DNA from: Laetmonice hystrix
Lineage: Eukaryota
NCBI GenBank assembly: GCA_965235115.1
Contig: OZ249448.1
Coordinates: 23,994,001 to 24,058,000 of the forward strand
Direction: 5' to 3'
DNA: 64,000 bases
Both the position numbers and the translations under genes were made by a program. Within the stretch, counting starts at the first letter, position 1. The number at the start of each line of letters is the position of its first letter. The notes under the pieces are model-generated. The model searched no databases, was not told the origin of the DNA, and saw nothing but the letters and a program-made list of their open reading frames with translations. Shown in pieces: positions 25,735 through 38,926 of the stretch.

Positions 25735-26004
25735 AATGTCCCAACAAGTTTGTAAAGAATGCCAACCAGCACGCTCTAGGCGGCAACGAGCAGTCCGACG
25801 TCAGGTCTCTGGATGAGTGTAAAGTTCTATGCGAGGAGAGGTCAAATTGCGTGGCCTTAGATTATGACAGGTCAGCACGTATGTGTTTCCATCACTTCAA
25901 CCCGCAGCTTCAGCTCCAATCAGCAATTGGGGTGGACCACTACAGACTGGAGAGATGTGACCTAGTGACAGCCATTCCAACAGTGACACCTTTCCCAGGC
26001 CAAG
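25735..26004 (+). CDS. PAN/Apple exon with Thr/Pro tail
   Basis: ttacag acceptor and CAA G|gtaaca donor, 270 nt. Encodes ECPNKF...DECKVLCEERSNCVALDYD...MCFHH...GVDHYRLERCDLVTAIPTVTPFPGQ. Confidence 0.85.
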
Positions 26005-26254
26005 GTAACATCAAATGCTACATGGTTGGATTTCTAGCATGCCCTTTTGAACAATATTATTTTGATTACTTCGTTTTCATACAATATATATATTTGGCAA
26101 TAATTGTTGATATGGATATATATATATTTTTCCTTGGTTTAATGTAACCATTGCTGATTTTTGTCTTCATTTATTTTTTATTAATAAACATGTATATTCT
26201 CGATTGTAAACATTGCTACTTTGTTACTGACCCAATGAACCTGACTTCTCGTAG

Positions 26255-27165
26255 CCTGTCGAATCGACATAACCATCTTCATCGATACAACCCCGGTGAG
26301 CCCCAATCTTCAGGGCCAGAATTACAACTTTGAAGTAAGAAGGATGCTAAACACGATCGTGGACGGCGTCACCCTCAATCCCAACTTTGTACGCATCGCA
26401 TTGGTGATATTTAACGACCAGGCCACTCCGTACGCTGTGTTTTCGGTGAGTGCAGCGACTTATACCGACTTGTGACTGGTATACCGACTTATGACTGGTA
26501 TACCGAGTGTTGTGACTGGTATACCAAGTGTTTTTATTTTAATTTTATGTTGATTTCTTGAAGTTCTTGATTTGCACAGATCGATGAACTTAATTGTTTG
26601 TGCATCAGATTGGCGTCATCATTAGTAAATTTGGTGTTGTAGTAGTAATGGAAGTGTAGTAGTATTGGAAACGTTTGTCTAGCGGTCATCTTGGACAACA
26701 GGTGTCATTTAATTTGTTCTGAGACCGTTTGATGTTATCTCCTGCAGTCTTATCCTTTGCCGAGCGACATAAAGCCGATCATCAACCAGATTGACTTCAC
26801 GGTTTCCGACCGGAGACCCCGTAACCTACCGGCCGCCTTCGGGTTGTGGTTCAGTCAGCTGCGACGACTAACTCCACAAGATGTTCGTTCTCTCATCTTG
26901 ATCATTACTCACGGGCCAACGGATGGCAACTTCCGTAATGACCTTCAGACCCAAGTCCAACAACTCAACAGATTACAGCGCCGGCCCAAGGTCACCATCG
27001 TCGGCATTGGTCAGTCGGGAAGTCAGGAGTGGCAGGGCCTGGCGACGCCTCCGCTCTCTGAAAACCTATTCATTGTGCCCTCGGTACCACGGCTTAATGA
27101 TGTGACTAGTCAGGCCCTGAGAGCCACCAGGTGTGATTCGTTCCGTGTGATCGCACGGCCGTCTG
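26255..27165 (+). CDS. VWA domain 1, split over two exons (26255-26445, 26748-27165); degenerate MIDAS
   Basis: Exon a encodes ACRIDITIFIDTTPVS...VRIALVIFND...VFS and ends at a phase-0 gtgagt donor. Exon b encodes SYPLPSD...LILIITHGP...VTIVGIG...LFIVPS...ATRCDSF and ends at a phase-1 gtgagt donor. The strand pattern matches VWA. Confidence 0.78.
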
Positions 27166-29322
27166 GTGAGTACCTCTACACTCATACTTAACACGCGCCC
27201 GCGAATCTCTTTCGATTTGATTATCGTTCATGTAAGGTCGCTACGCATGGCCATAATAATGGGATGCTCCTTTTGCATGCATGCCGAGTCATGAACTCAG
27301 AGTAATGCTCCTAGCTAATGAAAAACAAAAAGACATTGCGGCAATCAGATTTCAGAGTCATCCATTGTGATAGCTATTTGTTAAAATTATAAAAAAGAAC
27401 AATGTGACTATAGAAATCGGTTATTTTGAGCAAAGTGCTTCAGCTTTATGTTGGTTGTATATAATATGAAAAAAATCTGAATCCCAGTTATCATATTGTA
27501 TTGGGAATTTCCGAGTCACAAAATCCCCTCAACAAAAGCTACAATCAACAAAAACAACCTTTTTTTATAAATACAAAGACTTCTTCGGAATTTCTAATGA
27601 GCGTGGTATGATAGCTGGGTGAAGATGTAGTGTTAGAGCAAAGTGCAGTAGTTGTAGATTTAGTTATAGTTGTAGAAAATGAAGCTCTAGTGACTAAGTG
27701 GCACTATAGTAAGGTAAGCATGCTGTGTAGATAGTGGTATTAACAGACAAATGCAACTAACCCCACTCTAGTAACCTCAGAAACACAAACACCCAAATAC
27801 AAAGGCTCGGTTTTTTTGAACGTGGCACATTTCTGTTTGTTGACCCATGTTTGACGGTTTTCTTTGATGACGGCGGATCTGACCTTTTCTATGATTAAAA
27901 CCTCAACAGACAGTATCAGAGAAAAGGCAGTGGACTAGATCCGGTGTGCCCCCCCCCCCCCCCAGAGGGGACAAGAACAATCAAAACCATATTCAATAAT
28001 ACGTGTAGCCCTATCTGCATGTAGCTGTAACATTTTTCACCTACAGCCGAACTTATATTCATTTTGCATAAGTCAGTGTCGCCATACAGGCATGAGGTGA
28101 CTGAGTGGACACTAGACGACCTGGTTTCTGCACCGACAAACTCCATACCAGTGTGCTCCTGCGCTGGTCATCACGCAAACGCGGACCGGAATTGGAAATC
28201 AAAGTGTTTGAAATGTGTTAAGTGTGTAAATGGTGCGAATGGTAATGCTTTAGATGACCCATAATGGCTAGATCGGGTACCACAGTTGGCAAACGACTAA
28301 GGTTCTAGCTGAGTGATCATAAGAAAGACAGACAAGCTGATGCCTGATATAGATTCCAGTATCGTATATCACGTTAGAGTCTAAAGCGCGTCGTAAATAT
28401 TGACTTATTCGTGCATTCACCAAAATATGACAAGAAACTCTTCAGCGTGCAGGTACAACTTCTTTTTTACAACTCTTCTTAACTTCACGGTGCTTAGATA
28501 AAGCAGTGGGAGTGGGACTTTGGGAGAGGTAAGTACAGTGGTCTCTTTACTTCACAAAGGTCACAAAGGTCACTGCGCCAGACTGTGCTGCCAATACCAG
28601 GGCTAGTCTTTGTCAGGTGTCGGGCCACATCAATTTGGTAAACCAAATTATCCGATGGTGTTCCCTCTAAGAACGAGTACAAAGTCAATCTATCACCGGA
28701 GTCCTCATCACAAACCAGGAAGGAGGCGTGGCCTCAGTACGACCAATGTCAACAAAAGTTCTGTATTGAATGGAGAAATCGCGATAGGGTCAGTTGGACT
28801 TTTAACCCTAAATGGAGTGCCCGTTATAATGGGTGCCGTCCCATTGAGCCTGTTCACTCGATTGTCTAAGAGGCGCATATGTCTGGAACAACTTGTTGTG
28901 GAGAGGGGAGTTCTCGTAATATTAATCTACTAAATATACGAGTGTAGATCTAAGTAGGTATAAGTATCCTGCGAGGAATAGAGGAACAGAGGCTTTAAGA
29001 TGTTTTATTTTTGTTGGTTTGATGAGATCTGTGGGATTGACGACCAATGGCGTGTCGGAAATAGTTCTAGTTCTCTTACTGCGATGTGACCGTGTCTCTT
29101 ATTCTTGGGAAACACATTTGGTTGCATCATCTTGTGGTGAAATTCCTGCCATATTGTAAACATATTCTTACATTTAAGTCCTGCGTTCTCCTGCATGTCC
29201 GTAAGTTGTTGATGTGAGTTGCTACTAATCCAATCCTAACGGCTGAGCTAGACTTCACAGGTCAGAGTTAGGTATGGCGGTTTGTGACTGGCAGACAAAA
29301 GGGCTTGATTGCTCTGTTTCAG

Positions 29323-29955
29323 AATGTATTGCCGATATCACCATGGTGACAGATAATTATGGAGTCGTGTTGTCAAGTGTCACAACCTTCATCAAAGCCA
29401 TCATTGATAGGTTAAAGATTGGTTTCCTTAGCAACCGTATCGCTCTGGTGACCTCTGGCAGCATGCCAATGCGACGTTTTGACCTTGACGATTTCATGAC
29501 CAAGCCAAGCCTTAAGCGTGCAGTCGACGAACTTCAGTACGACTCCGGCCAGGTCAACATTCCAATGGCATTGCGACAGGCAAGAACAAATGTCTTTACT
29601 CCAGCAAATGGCGACAGAGCTTTGATAAAGGACGTGCTACTTTTAATCGCCGATGAAAAAATAGAGTCTGGCGTGGAACTGCTTTATGAAGAAATCACAA
29701 AGCTCAAGAATAGAGGTATTGCAATAGTGGGAGTCGGAGTCACAGACAAGGTCGATGACAATCAGATGAAGCTTATAGTCAGCAGCCCGGCAAGTCAAAA
29801 CTTTTTCAAGTTTTCTTCGTTTGCTGAACTCTCTAGTATTGTTGAAGACGTGTCAGCAAGCTTCTGTAGTGTCATACAGCCAATCGAAGAATCCCCTCCA
29901 TCGCCCACGCCAACCTCTACCTCAACCACCACCTTATCAACACCAAGCACTATAC
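29323..29955 (+). CDS. VWA domain 2 with Ser/Thr/Pro tail; degenerate MIDAS
   Basis: tttcag acceptor and ATA C|gtaagt donor, 633 nt. Contains CIADITMVTD, RIALVT, GDRALIKDVLLLIADE and GIAIVGVGV motifs. Confidence 0.88.
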
Positions 29956-30593
29956 GTAAGTATCATGAGGGCAAGTTACAAAATCCTAAAGAAAATATTA
30001 ATCTGATCATTGTGAATCAGCAAACATCATTCCTTGCGAGCAGTTTAACAACTTAGAGGACAGCTGGCTGTATATTTAGTAGACATGTTTGTAAGACTAG
30101 TTATTACATAATACGAGTAATGCCCTATTCGAGTGTATAAGATTCTGTTAAAGTGGACGAGGCGGCAAAAGTAGGGGCTAAAATGACTAACTAACCAAAT
30201 GGTCCATATAGCATAATTAAAGATCCACCAAACAACGAACGTTCGGTGTGGAATCGATGAAAGTGCCCTTCTTAACACCATCCATGGTCACACTGTCGTG
30301 TTCTTCTGCCGGTATGACGTCACAATTCTAGAAGCTCTCCTAGGTAGAAGTATGACGTCATCGCAGGAACCCTTGCCCAGCGACAAGCAAGTCTTGCTAG
30401 CACAGCGTAGTTGAAATCATTATTTTGATCAAAATGCATTGACATGGAAGGCCAGTAAAACTAACGTAAGGTCGATGTTGTAGGCCTAGCTCGGCTAGAT
30501 CAATAAAAGTGGATGTGTGTTGTCTGTTCGCTTTTAAGTCTGGCCTGCAGTATGGCATGCATGCTGACAGAAATGAGCATTATTTTCTTGCAG

Positions 30594-31035
30594 CCTGCAT
30601 GCTAGATTTCGCCTTTGTTGTGGATGATTCTGGCAGCATCTGAAAGAGCAATGTTGATGGTCAGTCCGACTACTGGAATACGATAAAGTTATTGATTATA
30701 GGCGTGATTTATTCTATAAATATCGGTGGGTGGAAAACTATAGGGTGGACGTTGTTAGGTTCAGCAATTAGGGCAAGCTTCAGTTTGACCTGAACGATTG
30801 CTGGAAGGCTGCACGGATGGAATGACAATACGGGAAACGGAAGGCCTGCATAATGAGGCAGAGAAAAATAAAAAGGCGCGCACAGTGATTATAGTGGTTG
30901 GAGTGACCCCGTGACCCCGCAAGTTTATGACGAGGATGTGAAACAGGTGGTGTGGTCGCCAACCTCTGACCACGTGCGAAAATCCTCTGACCTCTGGTCC
31001 ATCGCGGAACATCTCACCCAATGATCCTGCACAGA
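30594..31035 (+). pseudogene. Decayed VWA pseudo-exon
   Basis: ttcttgcag acceptor, then ACMLDFAFVVDDSGSI* (TGA), a frameshift into RVDVVRFSN*GKLQFDLND, a large deletion, and IIVVGVT...QVYDEDVKQVVWSPTSDHV. The last segment is colinear with the next VWA exon (TIIGVGVTSQIDDNQLKQIVTSPPSDHV). Confidence 0.8.
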
Positions 31036-31284
31036 ATTAGTAAGGTTGACAGATGCTAAGGTCTTGTCTTGTCCTGCTGTAGTGTGTTCGCTATTTCCTT
31101 CTTCTGGGGTCTACTAACGTGATTGACAGTATGGAATCAACATAGGCCTACTTAGATATTACGCTCCTCCACGGAACCTTTTCTACTAACGTCATCAGAT
31201 CCAGGACTAGAATGTAAGGAACACTACTGCCTGCTCAGTGATGTCTGTTACGACGAAATGTTTTTGCGTCTTTGTCTCTTTCAG

Positions 31285-31854
31285 CCTGCAACGTTGCTGA
31301 CGTTGTTATTTTGTTGGATGACTCTGGTAGCATTAACGACGGGGGTTCAGATAACTTCAACACTCTCAAGACCTTTGTGAACGCCATTCTGAATTCCTTC
31401 GTTATCGGTCAGCAGAAAGTGCAGATTGGCTTGGTGACATTCAGCAACAAAGCATTCGTCCAGTTCTATCTCCTCGATTACTCTGACAAGACCACGCTCT
31501 CCTTTGCTGTTGATAACGTTCACTATAACGGTGGCAACACCAACACCACTGGGGCGCTCCGAGTTGCCAGAACGCTGATGTTTACTGCATCCAAAGGAGA
31601 CCGTCCTTCCGCTGCTGACGTCATCGTACTGATAACTGACGGCAAGGCGACACGCGAGTTGAACGGCCTACTCGGGGAGTCCCAGAAAATCAAGAATCGA
31701 GGCATCACCATAATCGGGGTTGGCGTCACGAGCCAAATCGACGACAACCAGCTGAAGCAGATCGTGACCTCCCCACCTAGCGACCACGTAGTTCGTGCTG
31801 AAAACTTCGATCAACTCAGTGGCCTCGTCAGTGAAGTGAAAAGTAGTATTTGTC
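31285..31854 (+). CDS. VWA domain 3, intact MIDAS
   Basis: ctttcag acceptor; contains DDSGS...GGNTNT...ITDG. The 3' end is uncertain: either a weak phase-1 donor TGT C|gtgcag at 31855 or read-through to the stop at 31892. Confidence 0.85.
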
Positions 31855-33189
31855 GTGCAGTAGCATCCAAATCTAATAAGCCCATATTTTAAGTAATGAT
31901 ATTGATCAGTAGAATCTGAGCCTATGTCAAGGTTACACTCCTTTTAGTGATGAAGAAATATTGTTAGGGTCGTTAGAGATGTAATTGGTCAAACCCATCA
32001 GAATCTTGTCGGGCAGCAAATCCTCGTTCCCAATATGAGCTTCTTCGAACAGAGCAAGTATGGTCGAGGGACCTACACTAGAAGTTTGGGATATTGAATG
32101 AAGTATTGTTTCCTCGTTGGAGTACAATTCCTGGTGAAATGATTGCTATAATCGTGACATGCTTACCATAATAAACAAATACCTAGCAACAAAATGGCAA
32201 TGGTACAAAATGGAAATGTTTCAACAGTATGCGTGTGGTGAAGACTATTCCTTCACGATTACATCAGTTCGCGCGTGAATAAAAGCTCTACCAAAGATCA
32301 GAATGTGTATACGGTGGTCTTACATTTCACATCATTGCTAATTTGATTTCAGTCGGTTACACTTGAAAAATAGACGCGACCCAAAGTTCCTGAGTAGTAC
32401 CCTGACAGTCGAAAGCTACACAGACCATAATACCATGACAGTAAAAGTTGACTGTTGTTTCTGGTTATGTAGGCTAACCTAAAAATCTATCTTATAACGC
32501 TTTTTTAAATGGTCGTGTAGAAACTGCGCATTATATATTTATATACGTGTGAGCGTAGCTTTTGCATGACGCTATTGGTGACTCCCAATGTATTCGAAAG
32601 AATACGCATGCCGCAGTGGGGACTGCGGACTGCATGACAAGCTTTAACCAGGTTTTTGAAGACGCACTGCCAATTGGGAAGTGGTGTTTGTGGACGACTA
32701 GTGGATGTTCGTAGAAGGCGACTGACACCTGGCTTATGCAGCAAGAATCGAGAAGGTAGTAGGGAATCTTTATCGTCATCATTTTTCAGAACAGACGGAC
32801 TGTTGCATAGGATATTAACTTCCACATTTCATTTCACACAGTATGAACAAAATGTGTATTGTGCTTGTCATGGGTAGGGTTATTTAACATGGTGTTAGGG
32901 GAAACTACGTTGCTTGGTAACATTTTGCAGATGTATATTCAATGTAAATTATTTTATCATATATGCGCTGCCAGTTGTTCCTGTTCTCAGTCACGTGTGT
33001 TTTGTGTCATGCGCAGTTTGATAGCGATTACTCAAATTGTATGTTTGTTAGCTGCATAAAGCGGCTCATTTTGGCCTCTGCTGTAAATGGTTACTCGCTG
33101 TTTACATAGTACCAAATCCCATCAATAGATCACTCTGTGTAATGGTTGATTATCGTTAATAAGCATGCGTTATTTCGTTCGCCTTGTAG

Positions 33190-33809
33190 CAATACCGCCG
33201 CGACCCACCATAAGGCCACCTCCCGTCAATTGCATTGGGGACATTGTGTTTATTATGGACTCGTCTGGTAGCATCAACGATGCAACCCAGTTCGGAGTGG
33301 ACAATTGGAAGGTGATTCTTCAGTTCGCCAACATGCTGATCAGTAATCTAAACGTCGATCGTGACAAGACATGGATAGGCGTGGTCCGTTTCAGCAACAA
33401 GGCCGACGTGCCGTTTGACTTCAACAGGTACCGGGGTGACCGTAGGGCAATCCTGGACGCGGTCTTACGGATCCCGTATGACGGCGGTAACACCAACACA
33501 ACCGGTGGATTCCGGATTGCAAGAGAACAGGTGTTCAGCCGGCGCGGCGGTAACCGGCCCAACGTAGCCGACATCGCTATCGTCATCACGGACGGCAAGC
33601 CTACGGTCGACACCAACAGGCTGCCAGAGGAGGTGTTCCTGCTGAGGAGTCAACAAGTGGCCCTTATCGGAGTAGGCGTCGGGCCGTCGGTGGACAACGT
33701 GCTCCTGTCTAGTATTTCTGATCATCAGTTCCACGTGGACGAGTTCAACCAGCTGCGAGACTTGGTCCAGGAGATCATTGATAGATCGTGTGCAATAGTC
33801 AAACGATAA
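33190..33809 (+). CDS. VWA domain 4, intact MIDAS; terminal exon of the PAN-VWA gene
   Basis: ccttgtag phase-1 acceptor, Pro-rich linker IPPRPTIRPPP, then DSSGS...GGNTNT...ITDG, ending RSCAIVKR and TAA. Confidence 0.9.
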
Positions 33810-36132
33810 ACTTGTAACTATTTTCTAAGACGGTGGAATGACGTTCTAGCACTAGATTTTTGTTCATGAATTGAGCAAACGAAATGTTCCATATATCATC
33901 TTCAATGTGAATTATAAAGGGAACACTGTACATTGAGTTCATAAATGTATTCATCAGGATGACTATTATATATGTAGTGTGTGTGTGAATAAGTTGTGTA
34001 TTTAGGCTTACCCGTCAGAAATTGAACGATTACACTTTAGCGAGTGTACCTTTTAGAAAAGAGTTGCCAGTTATTGTTATTTATTTTTTTAATCATTCAG
34101 TAATTTAGTTGTTTTTTAAAACACCTGTACACAAACAGCATACGCACGCACATAATGGTCCAATCTTACCAAATTATTAGGTATGGTTAATAGGAGGTAG
34201 CTGAGCCAAAGCTATCGAACATTGGTATGATGTCTTATAGGATTGCCCGAGCTCCATATTTCTCTTGGAAACATGCGTCTTGCAAAAAAACCCACTTAAT
34301 ACCTGAGAACAAGTATTTCAGACAGAATAGCAGGAATCCTGGTTTGGTTAAGAAGAAAAAAATTAACGGTAGAGGTGGCTGAATGTCCAGTATTTGCAGG
34401 TATACAGGATGGAGGTAAATTACGGCTTTTCTCTCTGAACTTTTGTTTGTACAGTTTGTATGGACTTCGTGGACGTCTCGGGTGCTACCACCCTAGGGCC
34501 ATGACGACTACATGTAGTGTTAGTGTGGAGGTTTTTTTTATACCATAGCTGCAGAACCAGGCAAGACTGGACACTCCCGCCCCCAAACTCACCAAGCACC
34601 TTCGCCAAAGCCCCCCCCCCCCCCCCCCCCCAAAAAAAAGCCTTTTATCCCCTGAAGCATATTCAAGGTCAAACCAAAATGACGAGGGACTGAAATGTAT
34701 GGAAATGCCCTAAAAAACGTTTAGCATTTTTAATTAATACAATCCCTAAATCTATTTTTTTAAATCTTCTGACACTCCTGATTTTACCAAGCCGCACCAT
34801 CGGTGGATGTTCACCGTGCATTGTTAGAAGATTGCTTCTGTTGTCACACCAGAGGTAGTTCTGCCGTTTCGACGCAAACATAATTAGGAACATTGCTGCT
34901 GTTGGCGTTTAAACAGAGTGGAAAACTTGGCCAGCCTGTACTTCGCTGTATGCCATTTACATACGTCTTCATGAGAACACTTTATACATGGCCATAGGAA
35001 TCATTCACTAACCACCTATAATACTGAAAGCCTGGGAGAGGTTTATTTTAGTAACATAGGTGAATATGAATGTGTTTCAGTTTTTATGTACATTTATTAT
35101 TCTTCCAGGAAGTAAAGGGACCCCAGTATATGACTACATGATATTTAACTGTGCGGAAGGACCGTTTAGACATCAGTTATATATATTATATAGAGAAATA
35201 TCAAGATGATGTGGCGAACTAATCAAACAAGTTAATGGCACTAATAATTGGACACTAGAAGGACACCGACACAGCAAGATCGGTTGGTGCAGTGTTGGTT
35301 GCCACCTTCATACGTGTACGTAAGTTGAAATAAAGAATTCTAACGTTTTCGCAGACTTTACTTAGTTGTTATACACTCGGAGCGAGCTGGACTCGATGGA
35401 CAGGTGTTGTTGAATGGTTTTTCCTCCTACCTGCTGACTGTGGACTATCAAGTTTCGATCATACTGATCATGTAAGTATCGATCCCTCATACCTTAGGAA
35501 TTCTGAGTTATATTACCGACGACCGAAATTCCTGACGACGTTTATTTATCCGAAGTGTAAATATGCTTCTATGATTTTTTCCCCTATCTTTTTAAGACAC
35601 TGCATGGCTATTATCTTTTGTTTTTCAAAAAGTAAGTTGCTGGAATTTATCAGTTTACTTTTTATTTGTTTTAGTGCCCTTTGCCAGCTGATTGCTTGTA
35701 TTTCTGCATTCGGTTTTATTGCTCTGTGGCAATCGTGCGAAATGTTGGACAAGCAATGCAATTGAATTCTTTGACGGGGCGTCAAGTAGGAGGCATTCCA
35801 TTGCATTGCTCGAATGCATTGTTGCAATCAACTGCCAAACCAGGAAAAACAGTCTGAATTCAGTAGATGTTGCTATAGATTTAGAATGTTGATAGAAATC
35901 ACTTGGACATGGAATAGACTCTCTTAATTTCTAATCACTCGCACCATAATTAGAAAAATTCCAAATTTAGTTGGTGGCGGGCAAGACTCGTACAGAAAGA
36001 AGTCTGTATGTGTCTAGTCCTAATCGGGGTTATGTATCTTTAAGTGACAATTTTAATTGTCCAGGAGAAGATATATTTTGCGATTCCTTGTTTTTTTTAA
36101 ACCATGACAGACGGGTTTCTGTCTGATTTCAG

Positions 36133-37307
36133 ACGCGTCGAACAGAGTGGCATTCACAGCGACTGGGGTAACGCTGATGGAGGGGCCTGTGGCAAATGTG
36201 GTGCAGTTCGGCCAAGAGTTGGCCGACCTGGACGAACGATTCAGTCTTGCGTCCAGTAAGCTGGACGTCAACCAGCAATCTGTCTGCTACTTCAGCCTCA
36301 GCGCCGGGGCGGCCAACTTTACGAACGTACGTTTTTACCTTGACGTCACAGAGTCGTCGACATCCCGCCAGATCGCGGCCGCTGAGCGTCTCAGCAGCCG
36401 TCAAAACGCGCTGGACGTTGTAACGGCCGACACCCTGGAGAATCTATCTCCGAACGCCGCCGTCACGCCAAGACGAGAGTCTATACTGAATGGTGAACTG
36501 ACGTCACTCACTGCCTTCTGTCCAAGTGACGTCATGCATAAACCGACACTTCATTTCAAGAGGACCACAAGATCAAACAGACTATCCCAGGGGTATTTAC
36601 TGTGGGACGAGGACAACAGAAACCACGTCACGACTTCCGCACTTGATGCGTATTTCTTCACGTTCACCGCCCGGGTCGACACTGGGCGCTCATTGGTCGA
36701 CATTGAACTGAACCTTTGCGGTCAGACCTTCAGAATACGGCGTCTTCATTATATCTACGACGGAATGGACACCTTCACAACTTCGGCAATCGTCGAGTGT
36801 GACTTCCAAAAGAAAGATGCCTTCGTGAAGCCGAATCAACCCATAGCTGTACAGTCTGCTTCTTTGTTTGGCTTCCCTTACAGACCTGTACATAACTTGA
36901 AGGCGTACTGGACTTTGGTTCGGTCTGTGCCGACGGTCAGACGCAGCGAGCCGTTTTTCAGTTTTGACGACATGCCCGTCACGCATTCCCTAGTAACGCC
37001 TCTCTTTGATAGCTCGGGAGTGGTCGTTCAGGAAACCGGCTACTACTACGTCCACCTGTCGGCAGTCGTCGACCCCAGACGACCTACAGACTTCCGTGTA
37101 ATCCTCTACGACCAGTCAACATTCGTGGAGACGCCACTGTTCCGGGTTACCCGACTCTCCACCGTCCATGACGGAGCCGATTTCATTTCCCGGTCGGCGA
37201 TTGTCCGACTCGGAAAGGGCCAAGCGATTCGCGTCCGGAACTCGCAGACCGGACCCAGGTCGGCCATTGGCACGTCTATGAGTGGCATGATGTTATACGC
37301 CGTGTGA
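36133..37307 (+). CDS. Protein with three tandem C1q/TNF-like globular domains (main exon; upstream exon not identified)
   Basis: About 390 open codons after a phase-1 acceptor (atttcag at 36132). There are three repeats of a beta-rich unit: AFTA...CYFSLS...SLTAF; AYFFTFTA...ASLFGF; GYYYVHLS...SRSAIVRLGKGQAIRV...SMSGMMLY. The last matches the gC1q G-xY and F-x-G-x-L-L motifs. Confidence 0.72.
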
Positions 37308-38926
37308 AGCAATGGATGAGTGGCCCAGCAGCCCAGGAGGAATGGTGTACTCCGGCCAGTCTAACACATAGCCGATGGTGGAAGTGAAAGAGGAGGAAGA
37401 TGCGCTATAGAATTGCAAATGGATATGCCCAGTTCTTACAACACAACCCTGATCGGAGTGGGAACTTGTAAAGTTATAGATACATTTTTAAAAGGTATAA
37501 AGATTTTAAACACAGCTGTCCGAGGCTAGCAGTCAATGATAAAAGATTTCGATGGATTAATATACTAGTTAAGACGTTCAGAAATGTGTTCACCACAAAT
37601 GCAGCTGTGGCACATTTGTGGATTATAGGGAGTTGAAACATGAAAATAATCTAATCAAGTAAGAATCTGACAGGATTCTGTTGATCATCAAATTCACTCA
37701 GGTATCATCTGCTCTTTCAAAAGTACTTTAAAGTTAAATATACTTAAAAGTAAAGGTAAACTGGCAACACATTCTAAGTTCGACATTTTAAACACATCTG
37801 TGTGACGGGATCCTTAACCATAGAAGGCTGCCATTAATCACTCCATTTTGAGCAGGCAAAATTGAATTGAAAATGACGATCATCTTTTTCCCCGGGTTGT
37901 TAGGTTTTCTGCTATTAGTCTCGGGGGGGGGGGGGGTGGACTGTACCCATTTTAGGCTTGTAAGAAGAGTACCTAATCTGTGACATGTTGGCAGATATCT
38001 GGGTGGTCTTATTAGAGGGAGATAATTTTTCACTATAGTATCGGTACTTCCCCGTAATAATTATGAGAACCGTTCTCCAGGCCACTTTAATTTACTTCAT
38101 GATTGTTCTACTATATTTCTGTACCATAATATATTTATGACGCTAGCAAACGTTGTCCGGTGTATAATAGGAGAATGGAGGATAAGATTATTATTAAGTT
38201 CATTCCGATCTATATCCTATATCGAGACCACAGCAGCGCTACCCGTACAGGATGGTCATTTCATCTCAAAATAAAATAAACATCAATATTCAAACATCTG
38301 AAAACGACGCCTTATGGTTTTCTTTACCAGATGAAATATAATTTGTATTTAATTTTGTTTAGAATATAGAAAACTGGTACTTAACACTTGTAAAATTTTA
38401 TTTGGAGGGCCAAGCCGAATCTTTTGAGCATTTTGAAACCTATATTTGTACGCAGGAAGCCGTACGCAGGTGGTAAGTAAAACGATTCATCTCTAATTAT
38501 GAGCCGAAGGTTTTCCAAGGCGGAGTTCTGGGCAGAGCGCAAAAAGGACCTTCAGTGGTACGTATTCAGGTGGCTGGTTTAGTTATGCTCTTTTTCCACC
38601 CATTGAAACTCTGACCTATGCGCCATAATAAAGCTGTAATATCTTTGTATAAAATCCTCTTGTTCAAAGGCAGAATCGGTGGAGGTTCTCTCGAATATGC
38701 ACAATTGAGATCACCAAACTGTCGCCTTGATTCTGGCAGAGTACTTCACACTGTCTACACCAAGGCTAACACTGTCTACACGAAGCATGCGTCGTTACAA
38801 TCAGAGCTAGAGAGGTCGATAGCATTACAAGTAGCATTGATACACTTGTAGACTATATTATTAAGTATCTAATTGGACACATGGCCAATATTTATTATGT
38901 TGTTATTCTTCCTAACCCAAAAGTAG

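Noticed and set aside
27580-27715. Ser/Thr-rich minus-strand frame (or plus-strand VVDLVIVV) suggesting a nested exon
   Set aside because: Low-complexity sequence, and no consistent partner exons on either strand.
35200-35480. Candidate signal-peptide exons for the first C1q gene (donors gtaagt near 35320 and 35472)
   Set aside because: No in-frame ATG with a hydrophobic run ending in phase 1; they may be UTR exons, left unassigned.
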